A DNA stretch of 64,000 nucleotides from Antedon mediterranea. Taxonomy: Eukaryota; Animalia; Echinodermata. Every line of letters starts with the position of its first letter. The stretch's first letter is position 1. The position numbers and the translations under genes were made by a program. Of the stretch, positions 12,425 to 24,068 are shown piece after piece. The stretch lies in the NCBI RefSeq assembly GCF_964355755.1, contig NC_092674.1:9610001-9674000 (forward strand), given 5' to 3'. Below the pieces are notes generated by a model. That model ran no database searches. It was not told where the DNA came from and saw only the letters and a program-made list of their open reading frames with translations.

Positions 12425-14590
12425 AAGTACACTCCACTAGAAGCCTTCAGTTGCCCTAAGACCTCATGAGGCTGACTAGTTAGAACTTCATTTAGACAAT
12501 AGTCTATTTATTTGGAGTGTACTGTTATTTATTGATATTTTAATAATTTTTTAAATAAACATACATTATTTATTTTTTATTTAAAAAATGCATAATATTG
12601 AAACAACTACACTCCACTAAAAGCCTGCAGTTGCCCTAAGACCTCATGAGGCTGTCTAGTTAGAACTTCATTGAGACAATAGTCTGTTTATTTAGAGTGT
12701 ACTGTTATTATTGATATTTTAATAATTGTATAATTTTGTTGTTTTTAAATAAACATACATTATTTATTTTTTTATTTAAAAAGACATATTGAAACAACTA
12801 CACTCCACTCGAAGCCTTCAGTTGCCCTAAGACCTCACGAGGCTGTCTAGTTAGAACTTCATTGAGACAATAGTCTATTTATTTGGAGTGTACTGTTATT
12901 ATTGATATTTTAATAATTGTATAATGTTGTTGATTTTAAATAAACATACATTATTTATTTTAAATTTAAAGACATATTGAAACAACTACACTCCACTAGA
13001 AGCCTGCAGTTGCCCTAAGACCTCATGAGGCTGACTAGTTAGAACTTCATTGAGACAATAGTCTATTTATTTAGAGTGTACATTATTGATATTTTAATAA
13101 TTGTATAATTTTGTTGTTTTTAAATAAACATATATTATTTATTTTTTAATTTAAAAAGACATATTGAAACAACTACACTCCACTAAAAGCTTGCAGTTGC
13201 CCGAAGACCTCATGAGGCTGTCTAGTTAGAACTTCATTGAGACAATAATCTATTTATTTGAAGTGTACTGTTATTATTGATATTTTAATAATTATATAAT
13301 TTTTTTGATTTTAAATAAACATAAATTATTTATTTATTAATTTAAAAAGACATATTGAAACAACTACACTCCACTAGAAGCCTGCAGTTGCCCTAAGACC
13401 TCACGAGGCTGACTAGTTAGAACTTCATTGAGACAATAGTCTATTTATTGGAGTGTACTGTTATTATTGTTATTTTAATAATTGTATAATTTTGTTGTTT
13501 TTAAATAAACATACATTATTTATTTTTAGTATTTTAAAAAGACATATTGAAACAACTACACTCCACTAGAAGCCTTCAGTTGCCCTTAAGACCTCATGAG
13601 GCTGACTAGTTAGAACTTCATTGAGACAATAGTCTATTTATTTGGAGTGTACTGTTATCATTGATATTTTAATAATTGTATAATTTTGTTGTTTTTGAAT
13701 AAACATACATTATTTATTTTTTAGTTTAAAAAACATATTGAAACAACTACACTCCACTAGAAGCCTTCAGTTGCCCTAAGACCTCACGAGGCTGACTAGT
13801 TAGAACTTCATTGAGACAATAGTCTATTTATTGGAGTGTACTGTTATCATTGATATTTTATTAATTGTATAATTTTGTTGTTTTTAAATAAACATACATT
13901 ATTTATTTTAAAAAGACATATTGAAACAACTACACTCCACTAGAAGCCTTCAGTTGCCCTAAGACCTCATGAGGCTGACTAGTTAGAACTTCATTAAGAC
14001 AATAGTCTATTTTTTTTGGAGTGTACTGTTATTATTGATGTTTTATTAATTGTATAATGTTGTTGTTTTTAAATAAACATACATTATTTATTTTTTATTT
14101 TAAAAAGACATATTGAAACAACTACACTCCACTAGAAGCCTTCAGTTGCCCTAAGACCTCATGAGGCTGACTAGTTAGAACTTCATTGAGACAATAGTCT
14201 ATTTATTTGGAGTGTACTGTTATTATTGATGTTTTATTAATTGTATAATTTTGTTGTTTTTAAATAAACATACATTATTTATTATTTATTTTAAAAAGAC
14301 ATATTGAAACAACTACACTCCACTAGAAGCCTTCAGTTGCCCTAAGACCTCACAAGGCTGACTAGTTAGAACTTCATTGAGACAATAGTCTATTTATTTG
14401 GAGTGTACTGTTATTATTGATGTTTTATTAATTGTATAATTTTGTTGTTTTTAAATAAACATACATTATTTATTTTTTATTTTAAAAAGACATATTGAAA
14501 CAAATACACTCCACTAGAAGCCTTCAGTTGCCCTAAGACCTCATGAGGCTGACTAGTAAGAGCTTCCTTGAGACAATAGTCTATTTGTTT
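12425..14590. repeat. Tandem array of 12 copies of a ~190-bp unit inside the CACTA-like element
   Basis: The core ACTCCACTAGAAGCCTTCAGTTGCCCTAAGACCTCATGAGGCTGACTAG starts at ~12431, 12611, 12802, 12990, 13177, 13368, 13560, 13751, 13934, 14125, 14316 and 14507. Confidence 0.97.
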
Positions 14591-14941
14591 TAAGTGTTAG
14601 TTTTACTGTAGGCCTATAATAATATAACGACAATTATTGTTTTCCAATGCATTATTAAATTTTTTTTAAATACAGGTTAGGCCTATTACCATTATAATAT
14701 GTGGTCAGATTCTGAAAATATACAAGAAATTTACCAGACTATGTTAAAACAATTAAAACATTCACATTTTTTTAAAATAAAGAATAAAAGAGCAAAATAT
14801 AATAGCTTAGTGATATCTAAAAATAAAACTAGATTTTAGATTCTCACCTTCAATTATTTTGGCATCATCTTCTGGGATTCCACACTCAATCAAACAAGTT
14901 TTGATTTCTTCAGCAGAACTGTTATCATCTATTAAATCCAT
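14477..14941 (-). CDS. Putative transposon-borne SAM-like mini protein (~65 aa): coding exons 14941-14848 and 14580-~14477; upstream non-coding exon ends at 15720
   Basis: Splice signals on minus: CAG|GTAAGT (15720), TTTTCAG|C-ATG (14942), GAAG|GTGAG (14848), CTAAC...TAG| (14580). Spliced peptide MDLIDDNSSAEEIKTCLIECGIPEDDAKIIE-DYCLKEALTSQPHEVLGQLKASSGVYLFQYVFLK resembles the SAM helix pattern by eye only. Confidence 0.45.
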
Positions 14942-16159
14942 GCTGAAAAAAAAGAACCAATATAAACATATAGGCCTACCTCACAAATACAGTATATTTG
15001 CAATCTATTTTTACACAATACTATACACTAGATATTTGTGGCAACAACCCTTGACCTTTTAGTGATCAATCATTCAGCTGATTCATTCTCAAAGAATTCA
15101 GCTTACTCTAGCAAATTGAGGATAGTAATGCTTGAGTGATTTCTCTCTCCTAATTCTTGTCCTCATTCTAAATGAAAATATTTAATTTCCTTTCTTTTTT
15201 CCTATAAAATTATAACAGTAATACTAATAGTAAATGACATTAACATGATCATAGCCTATGAAGGAGCTATGGCCTAGTCTAGAAAAATAAGTAAATACTT
15301 TTTGAGTCCAGTTCCTAATATTCACTCAGGGAAGAAATGGAAAGGTTTCCTACCCCATTTCCTACTTAGTAACTTAGTACTTTCTAGGATTTTTATCAAA
15401 TAATCTACAGGGTTAGGATATATTGTTTTGACAACTCAAGTAACATGACCACAGTGCTGTTTTCAATTTTTCCTCTCGACTATTATTAACTGTATTAAAA
15501 GTAAAAAAGATTGTTATTATCGATAGTGGAATGGGCGATTTCTAGGTTTGCCGATTTCTTTGCTTTTCACCTATACTCTCGTTGCTGCTGTTGTCGACCG
15601 TTGGCCAAAACTAGGCCGGCTATACAAGACATCGGCAAGCAACTCTATTATTCTAAAAGGCAAATTTAATATAATCACTATATACATATTACCAATACAA
15701 ACAATGTGAAATAACTTACCTGCAATATATGATTACTTCAATCAACGTAAAAAAGCTAAGAATTAGAAAGATTTTTGTTTCACCTTCCCGACACCACTCC
15801 CATCCAACTCAACGGCTTCTGCTAAAAAGGCGCGCACTAGATTCGCGGGTTTTTCTCCTCATCAATCATAATCAGTCGTTCCTTGGGGTGTTGCTATTGT
15901 ATGTATATATAGATGCACGGCGAGTGGTAAAAGGATGGGAAATGTGGTGTATTTTGGTCGAAACCGATGCATCAATTTACTCTATTAATCAAATTATAAT
16001 ATAATAAAACGTATCTAAATGGATCTATTAACTTTCCAAAACAACATGTTGGTACCGTAAATCGAAATAGCAGAACTTATCAATCCAACAAACAATTTAC
16101 CAAACTAAATGGATCTATTCAATCCAATACACATTTCCAAATGCATGCCAGCATAATAA

Positions 16160-17520
16160 AAATATTAAACACAATAAGTAATGTTATGAAACACAGTGGT
16201 GTTCAGATTTTAAACGTAAATTCTCTAAGAACAATTTAAAGCCCCATTCCCTACGTTTTTTAGATCTAATTTAAGATCACAAACTATATTTAATGTAAAA
16301 ATAATACTATATGGTCCTATTGCGATAACTTTTTTCGTCTTTAAACGGTTAAAAATGTGAAAAATAAATCGATTTTAATAATTATAGCGGCCCGCTATAA
16401 ATCCCAAAATGCATTGCGCGCGGATTGATATTGTTGTTTTTCACCTGTAATTCGCCCACTTTTCGATCGATCGTGAAGCCAAAACAAATGGAAGACTCCT
16501 AACTTTTCAGCGAAAATACCGGGTTTTCCCCAATTTGTATCAACGGAGTCTGGCAAAAATAGAAAGACAATTAATGCAGCAACTATACAACGTCAGGCTA
16601 GGTATATAGCTAGCGTACGATGTTCGTACGTTACCGATGTTTACCAGCTAGGCCTACAAAACTAAGCCTAGCTAGGCTAGGCCTGAGACCGTCCACGAGA
16701 GGTCGATCGCCGCGAGCTACTTAGGTAGTGCATTGTTTCTCACTTTTTATCATAATTTACCATAAAACGTACATTTAAGACAAGGAATGACATGGTTTAA
16801 TGTTTTTAAAGTGATACTATATGTATTATTTTCCAAAAAACGTCCAAAATTGCAGGGAAGGGGTCTTTAAACAAACGCTCTCACTTCTAAACACCAACTT
16901 TAGTAAGCACAAACAAATATTAAACACAATAAGTGTGTTATTAAACACAGTGGTGTTTAGATTTGAAAGTTAAATTCTCTAAACATAATTTAAACAAACA
17001 CTTTCACTTCTAAACACCAATTTTAGTAAGCACAAACAAATATTAAACACAATAAGTGTGTTATTAAACACAGTAGTGTTTAGATTTGAAACGTAAATTC
17101 TCTAAACATAATTTAAACAAACACTTTCACTTCTAAAACACAAATTTTAGTAAGCACAAACAAATATTAAACACAATAAGTGTGTTATTAAACACAGTGG
17201 TGTTTAGATTTGAAACGTAAATTCTCTAAACATAGGCTAATTTTATACAAACACTTTCACCTCTAAACACCAATTTTATTAAGCACAAACAAATATTAAA
17301 CACAATAAGTGTGTTATTAAACACAGTGGTGTTTAGATTTGAAACGTAAATTCTCTAAACATAATTTAAAGAAACACTTTCATTTCTAAACACCAATTTT
17401 AATAAGCACAAACAAATATTAAACATGTAAGTTTGTTTTATTAAACACAATCATGTTTAAGATTCAAACGTTAATTTTTCTAAACATAATATATACTAAG
17501 CACGAACAAATATTAAACAC
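16160..17520. repeat. ~121-bp tandem subterminal repeat of the CACTA-like element, first unit split by a MITE
   Basis: The unit AAATATTAAACACAATAAGTGTGTTATTAAACACAGTGGTGTTTAGATTTGAAACGTAAATTCTCTAAAC... is repeated about 6 times. Confidence 0.9.
16240..16866. mobile_element. Kolobok-like MITE nested in the CACTA subterminal repeat
   Basis: TTAA on both sides (16236-39, 16867-70), AG...CT termini, imperfect TIR AGCCCCATTCCCTAC / GCAGGGAAGGGGTCT. Removing it restores one repeat unit. Confidence 0.75.
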
Positions 17521-18061
17521 AAAAGGCGTATACAACTTAAACACTGGTGTTTAGGACGTGCTTAGAAATGTGATTAGCAATAATGTTAACATTGCAATAC
17601 CCTATTCTAAAAAAGCTAAACACATTGAAATATTGTTGTACAAACGGTTGTGTTTAGAATCTAAACACATGAAATGTTTAGAAATGTGTTTATGTGTTTT
17701 AAAATTAAACACAATGCTAAACATGTTTAGGGTTGATACGTGTATTTTATGTTTAACAGCTAAACACTGTTTTTACAGTGTATATTACCATTTTTGTGTG
17801 TGTGTATTGCTTGTAATCTTTTCTTGTAAGTTTCTTGTATATTTGCTTGATTTTGACCAAATGAATAAAAACAGATTCGTTTGTACAGGTATAGTAGTAG
17901 CAAAGTAATCGGGAGACGTTACGTAACTAATCACTCAAGCATTCTTTACCATTGAGGGGGCGATTTTTAGGCTAGATTAGTGTTGATTTCGAGATGGAAC
18001 GTAACTGCCTGGGTACTATACTGTAGTTCAAATTGTATTCTGTACTGTACTTTCGCATAAA

Positions 18062-21000
18062 ATGGCGATGCTGTGCACCGAGAATTGGCTGTCTTCAAGC
18101 GCAAGCATTCAAACAATTGTTTTGATAATAATCGTGATTCTTTTAGCAGTATGGTTGTTGTCCTCCAAGTCAAATACTAATATGCCGCCAGGTCCCGATG
18201 GTTGGCCGATTATCGGATCGTTGCCACATATTGACAGCAATCCATGTGTGACGTTCGGAAAGTGGGCCTTGAAATACGGTGATATTTTCACAGTGCAGTT
18301 AGGCTGGAATAAAGTTGTAGTTTTGAACAGCGTTGATGCGGTAAATTGTACTCTTAAAAACCAAGGTGATAAGTTTAGCGATAGATCTATTCTACCTTTA
18401 GTAGAATTAGGTTTTTCAATACCAGGTAAGTCAACAATAGACTATTGAATATTATGTCAGCGAATAGGCATTCCTAAACGTACTAGCACTACCAGTCAAT
18501 TTTTTTAAAATTAGTAATTCAACATTACACCGTGATAATTCTCTTTTTGTTGTGTTACGTACGTCATCTCACTCATGGAGGTATTTCTCACTATTGTCCT
18601 ATTACATCATTTATTTAGTTTCGTATTTTAGAGAATTGTAGTATATGATGAGCACGTAGTCATATATAATGGGACATATTTCACCGGTCCGTGTAATAGC
18701 GAGGACCTTTTAAGATGAGCACTGTTTAGATTACAACTTTGGATATTTGCATTTACCGTATTAACCAACACTATAAAGTGAGATATTGCACTAATTATTT
18801 CACTTAAGCCAATACATATTTAATAATTTCGCTTACGTATGAATGGTGAATCAGGCCTACATTCAACTATCCATTCAATTTATGTTTTCATTGATGGTTA
18901 TACCTAGTACTTTTATCTCTATAAACCTAACCCACGGACTGGATTAGTTAACATCCTTTCAGGGTTGGATTATTGTTGATCTATTTCTTCCTAGAAATGA
19001 CCTTGTTGAAGTGACCAGAGTTTTTTTTAAACAAACTTTTTACTCCAATGCAGAACTTATATATCTTTTATATTGTGAGGGCGTGTGTATTACTGATCGT
19101 GAGATCGTGGTTCGAATCCAACCCTTGCGCATTGCTTGTACGCTTTACTTACATTTGCCTCTCTCCATCCAGTTGTATAAAATTTTGGGCTGTTACTACC
19201 TGCAGTATTATTATGGGAGTGTGTTTCCATATGTGTATGATCCAAAGAATGACCGGGGTAATAATGTTCAGCTCATTGAGAGCTTGCTTATGCACTATAT
19301 AAGAATGAATTATTATTTATTTTACAAGTTCTAAAGCATACAGAATCATCCTCATTCGGGTCATAGTACTGTAAACGTAACATGATCGAATACTAGCAAA
19401 AATAACAGGGAAAATTTACTGTTCGCTAAGATAGAGGACTTACAAAATTAATGAGGTGGTTTAAATATGCGCGATCATTTTGCAAAAGATTTTCTGAAAA
19501 GTAGGCCTAATCATTAAAAAAAAAATGAATTTCTGTAAATATAAAGCAATATGAACACGTGAAATGTTTCACTAAATTAATGGAAGGTTGTAGAAGTGTT
19601 TTTCCTTAACCGTAGACGTAAGCACATCTATATATATATATTGGTTGATTCTACTGAAAAATTTAAGAGTAACCAAACTGGCCGCATTTTCGGATAAGAC
19701 AATCAATTAATTGTCTAACCAAAAACGTCATTTATCTCATATACTGTAATATTTGTGGCAAACAGTACGTCGGAGAAACAAAAAACACTCTCCGTATGAG
19801 AATGACACAACATAGATCAGCTATCAAAACATTAAAGCTTGATCAACCTGTAGCCGAACATTTTAATTCAGCTGGTCACTCGATTGCAAATTTCAGAGTT
19901 ATTGCAATTATAGACCACGATGTCAAATGGAGCGACAAAACTCGCAAAGACAAAGAAAACCACTGGGAATTACTACTTAAAACCACAAAACCTTTTGGAC
20001 TTAACATTAGGAACATACTCCCAGATCGGTAAAATTATTCCATTGACTACCAAAATTTAAGTTTCAATATTAACCACCATTTAAGCTGTTTTTTAGTCTC
20101 ATTCCAAAATTGTTTATATCTCTACCAAGCTACCTTCTTTGTTTTCTACTCTTACTCCACCCTGGCTCCCTTTTGTTATATTTCTTTTATTCCTGTCCAC
20201 CCAGGCAGCACTTGTCAGCTTTATACTATGACTTTATCCAAATTCTTTCACTTGCACTGATGAAGGGCTAGTGTTGCCCGAAAGCTCTGCTAACTTTTCT
20301 GGCTGTTTACTTTATCGTTTTGATTTAGCTTTTCGCTTTTTATTTTTGTATCTCCATTGAGATCCAGCCACTGATACCCACAGCATTGTCATTTTTTTCA
20401 GTAATTTGCCTTTGGATTTATATATATATATATGTATATATATGTACAACTGAGGACTAGTGCTGTTCCGCCGTACCACGCCGAGAGTGTTAAAGAGTCG
20501 CTATCCAATCGAGTTCGAACAATACCATGAAAGCCCCAGTGGTCTAATGGTTAGGACATCTGCATATCAAGCAGGCGGTCCGAGTTCGAGTCTCGGTTGG
20601 GACGACTTTTTCTCATTCTCACAGATTTCCTCATCTTTATCGTTTCAAATTAATTAATTAAATTTCAGTATATCACCGGGCGGTTTAGAATTAATGTTCT
20701 TGATATGCAGATGTCCTAACCATTAGACCACTGGGGCTTTCATGGTATTGTTCAAACTCGATTGGATAGCGACTCTTTAACATTCTCGGCGTGGTACGGC
20801 GGAACAGCACTAGTCCTCAGTTGTACACACGCGCAACAGAGATCAAATTGATACGACCTCATCTTACAGTATTTTTATTCACGTGGCGGGATCTCCGAAG
20901 AGATACTTATATATATATAAACACAGTTGGCAAAGAACATTAATTCTTTCATGGTATTGTTCAAACTCGATTGGATAGCGACTCTTTAACATTATCGGCG

Positions 21001-24000
21001 TGGTACGGCGGAACAGCACTAGTCCTCAGTTGTTATTTTAATCGCATTTGTTTTTATGATAATTGTTTGGGGTATTTTAAAAATTGTTTTTTAACTTGCC
21101 AAAATAACGTTTTCAAAGTATATAGTACTTGCATTGTTTGTTATTTGCTATCGACATGAATGTTTGACCATTTTCTATTGATTTAAAAAAAAAAATCGAC
21201 ATATTGGTGACGTCACAAAGGCTTATTTAAATATCGAGTATCGTCGTACGGGCCGAAATAATAAATAGCACGCCTTCTGTTTCTCTCTTTATTTTGCCAA
21301 GTATTTCGCTCACTTTCTAATTTATTATTTTATTGTACATATCATGGCTAATTTAATTAATGAATAAGAAAAAAAAAATCAATATGCCGATAAATATTAA
21401 ACTTTAAAAATGCATGGATTTTTCTACAGGAAGCATTGCTTTTGAAAATGGGCCTACATGGAATGAGCGAAGACGCTGGCTGTTTGGTGTCATAAACCAG
21501 TTTTGTCTAGGAAAAAAGGATTTAGGAAACCGGGTAAATTTAGAAAATCGGATAAATATAGAAGCAGACTACTTGTGTCAAGAAATGGACAAACCTGATA
21601 CGTCTTTTAATCCGCGTCACTATATCAACAACGCGGTTTCAAATATCGTCTGCACTGCTTGCTTTGGTGATAGATTCGAATACACGGATCCACAATTTAA
21701 GGAGCTCATAAAAGGAACACGTTATTTATTCCAACATACTGGCGTTTCGTCTCCGGGAAACATCGTTCCTATACTGTACTACACTCCACTGTACAAAGAG
21801 TTTCGTGGTGTGGTGACGTCAATGAAAGACTTCATTAATGATATTATACGGAAGCATGCCGAAACCTTTGACTCTGGTGATATCCGTGACATCATTGACG
21901 CATATATTTTGGAATCTCAAAAGCATGGTAAAGATGATAATTCGTTTTCTCAAGACACGCTTTGGCGCGCTATTTTTGACTTGTTCAATGCTGGCACAGA
22001 TACAACTAGTTCAACTATCCTTTGGATTATTACATACCTCTTAAACTATCCACAGATTCAGAAAAAGGTAAGTGTTTTATGGCATAGTAGACAATCAATG
22101 AATCAACCAACATTTATCAATGCATGCCATTGGTAAATGGTAAGCAATACATATTAATATAATATAATCTTTAATAGTTACGAGTAATAGAAGATTGCAA
22201 GAAATTGTCACACAAAACCCATAAACGAACAAAATTGAAAGAAAGGAAACAAATAGATAAAGTATATAATAAACATGTGGTCATGAAATCGTTTTTGAAG
22301 TCATAAAATGATGATTTTTTAAATAGTTTTAACGAAATGTGAAGAGAAAAGAGATAAAGGCAATACTAGTATCGAATTGGTTCCAGAAACAAAGATCTTC
22401 ATCATCAGATGAAAGACAGTTTTTAGTCGCGTGGAAGCGACTCTATAGTTCACTATGTCGGTCGGTCGGTCTGTCTGTCTGTCGGTCTGTCTGTCGGTCT
22501 GTCTGTCGGTCTGTCTGTCTGTCTGTCGGTCCGGTATCACTATGCGTTTTATCGCTTTATGACCTTATCTTGATATCAGTTTAATCTAGCTAAGTCAATT
22601 TTTCACAGAATATTTCTTATGGCCAGGAATCGATGTGGTTATGTTTTCACGGTGCGCAATAAAAAATTACGCGGTCTACGCACGATTTAACGAAATCACG
22701 TTTGTAATCATATCTTAACAACCATGAATCACAATTAAATAAAATTTGGTACTCATAAATTTCAGGGCATAAATCATCATATGGCAATACAATTACGTGC
22801 GTAGCGCATGTAACGCATGCGTAAGCGCGCTTAAAATTTTCAAAATTTATTTTCGATGAAATAAGAGTACGTTTCAGGCAATTTTAAGCGTTTACAAAAT
22901 TGCCATGAGTGCGCAGATTTTTGCGCGCGCACTGCGCGTTAAATGTTATTGCGCACTCTTCTTGCCCGATTTCTGTTTTCTTGACTTACTTTTCAACTCG
23001 AAATTACGTTATACGAGCACGTCAAAAGTGACAGGCTACGCACGTGTAAATTAAAAAAATATAAATGTTTTTAAACATTTCAACATTTTTAAACATGTTC
23101 AGTAATTTCGGTCAGTATAGTTCACTATGTCGGTCGGTCCGTCTGTCTGTCGGTCTGTCGGTCTGTTTGTCTGTCGGTCCGGTATCACTATGCATTGTAG
23201 CACGCGACTTAATGGCTGTTGGCCTTGTTTTTTTAAATTTTACTTTATTTATTTTCAATTTTGTTTGTTAAAAAAGGTACAGCATGAAGTTGATGAGGTC
23301 CTAGGCCAAGAGAAGGCACCAAAATATAGTGATCGTCTTTCGATGCCATTCCTGGAGGCCACAATCATGGAAGTACAGCGACTTAGCAACGTTATACCAT
23401 TGTTTAACCGAGCTACTACAGAAAATGTTAACGTACATGGCTACAATATACCAGCAGAAACTCCGGTATTGGTGAATTTCTGGAACATTCATCTTCATCC
23501 AGACAATTGGGAACGACCTTTGAACTTTGAACCGGAGCGGTTTTTATCTGATGATCTTATGACCATTAAGAAACACGAAGCATTTATGCCTTTTGGAATT
23601 GGTAGGTATTCGTTATCCGCGCGAATCCGTGGAAACGCAAAATGTACTGTACATACGTAAACCATATGCGCGCAAAGTAAGATAATGTAGGATAGATGAA
23701 ACTAAATACAAAGGTCTGTTATTATCCATATTGTTCAACAACATGACAACGTTATCAAAATTAAATATGACGATAATATTTCGGGTAGATAATTGACTGA
23801 ACAAGAACATACTGTAGATTGTCTGAAAGCATAAGACGATACCACTCTCATTGCCTCTTCACATAGCCATTTCTTTTTTATTTTAGGTCGAAGGTCGTGC
23901 ATTGGTTATCTAATGGCAAAGATGGAAATATTTATTTTCACGGCAACCCTCATTCAACGGTTTACGTTCAAAGTACCAGATGGTGAACCTACCCCATCGG

Positions 24001-24068
24001 TTAAAGACTATGTCCCAGGTTTATCTCTGGTTCCTAAGCCATTCAAAATATTCGCAATTAAACGTTAA
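18062..24068 (+). CDS. Cytochrome P450 (clan 2-like), copy 1: join(18062..18425,21430..22067,23277..23601,23887..24068), ~502 aa
   Basis: TM anchor followed by PPGPxGWP hinge, WxxxR, I-helix AGTDTT, ExxR (EVQR), PERF, and heme motif FGIG|RRSCIG. GT-AG introns in phases 1,0,1. The exon 3 acceptor could alternatively be at 23283. Confidence 0.93.
19085..19320 (+). mobile_element. Degenerate tRNA-derived SINE-like remnant
   Basis: B-box GGTTCGAATCC (~19109) and an L2-type tail GCACTATATAAGAATGAATTATTATT. Confidence 0.5.
19640..20418 (+). mobile_element. Penelope-like element 3' fragment (GIY-YIG endonuclease + 3' region) between (TA)n tracts
   Basis: Frame to 20032 reads INCLTKNVIYLIYCNICGKQYVGETKNTLRMRMTQHRSAIK...PVAEHFN...E..W...LKT..PFGLN, the PLE GIY-YIG with CCHH. 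(TA)n lies on both flanks. Confidence 0.9.
20254..20290 (+). ncRNA. Minimal type-I hammerhead ribozyme motif (Penelope-associated)
   Basis: GCA-CTGATGA-A-GGGC(TAGTGTT)GCCC-GAAA-GC-TC-TGC: core boxes present, stem II and stem I (GCA/TGC) pair, stem III is reduced to palindromic AGCT. Confidence 0.8.
20443..20827. mobile_element. Foldback element with 129-bp inverted arms containing a tRNA-like Pol III cassette
   Basis: Arms 20443-20571 and 20699-20827 are near-perfect reverse complements. A partial third arm copy lies at 20946-21031 and a spacer remnant at ~43095-43160. Confidence 0.75.
20533..20604 (+). pseudogene. tRNA-like sequence (Asp-derived?, anticodon ATC), probably a SINE/TE head
   Basis: A-box TGGTCTAATGG, anticodon arm CTGC-ATATCAA-GCAG, T-arm CCGAG-TTCGAGT-CTCGG, imperfect acceptor stem, T5 terminator at 20607. 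Confidence 0.6.
22421..23228 (+). mobile_element. HINE/DINE-1-like element, family 2
   Basis: Head TTTTAGTCGCGTGGAAGCGACT, (GTCG/GTCT)n microsatellite, 3' subTIR CACGCGACT plus a short hairpin. Related copies occur elsewhere in the window. Confidence 0.75.

Larger units (their letters stand above)
10729..17780. mobile_element. CACTA/EnSpm (CMC)-like non-autonomous DNA transposon, ~7 kb
   Basis: Perfect 12-bp TIR CACTGTAAAAAC/GTTTTTACAGTG flanked by TA on both sides. Dense subterminal motif arrays, mostly GTGTTTA on the left (10730-11340) and mostly TAAACAC on the right (16160-17770). No transposase ORF seen. Confidence 0.85.

Noticed and set aside
12431-12525. snoRNA or hammerhead within the repeat unit
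   Set aside because: No RTGATGA C box at the terminal stem. CTCATGA is not CTGANGA, and no GAAA follows the putative stem II.
12425-14590. CRISPR-like array
   Set aside because: The linkers between cores are also near-identical, so there are no unique spacers. The unit is ~190 bp, no cas genes are present, and the context is eukaryotic.
15729-16004. 91-aa ORF inside the CACTA-like element
   Set aside because: No recognisable motif, and it is antisense to the inferred first exon and promoter.
20533-20604. Functional tRNA-Asp gene
   Set aside because: The ATC anticodon is atypical, the acceptor stem is mispaired, and it is embedded in a repeat arm.
22319-22584. QTDR- and SVCR-repeat ORFs
   Set aside because: These are translations of the (GTCT/GTCG)n tract of a HINE.
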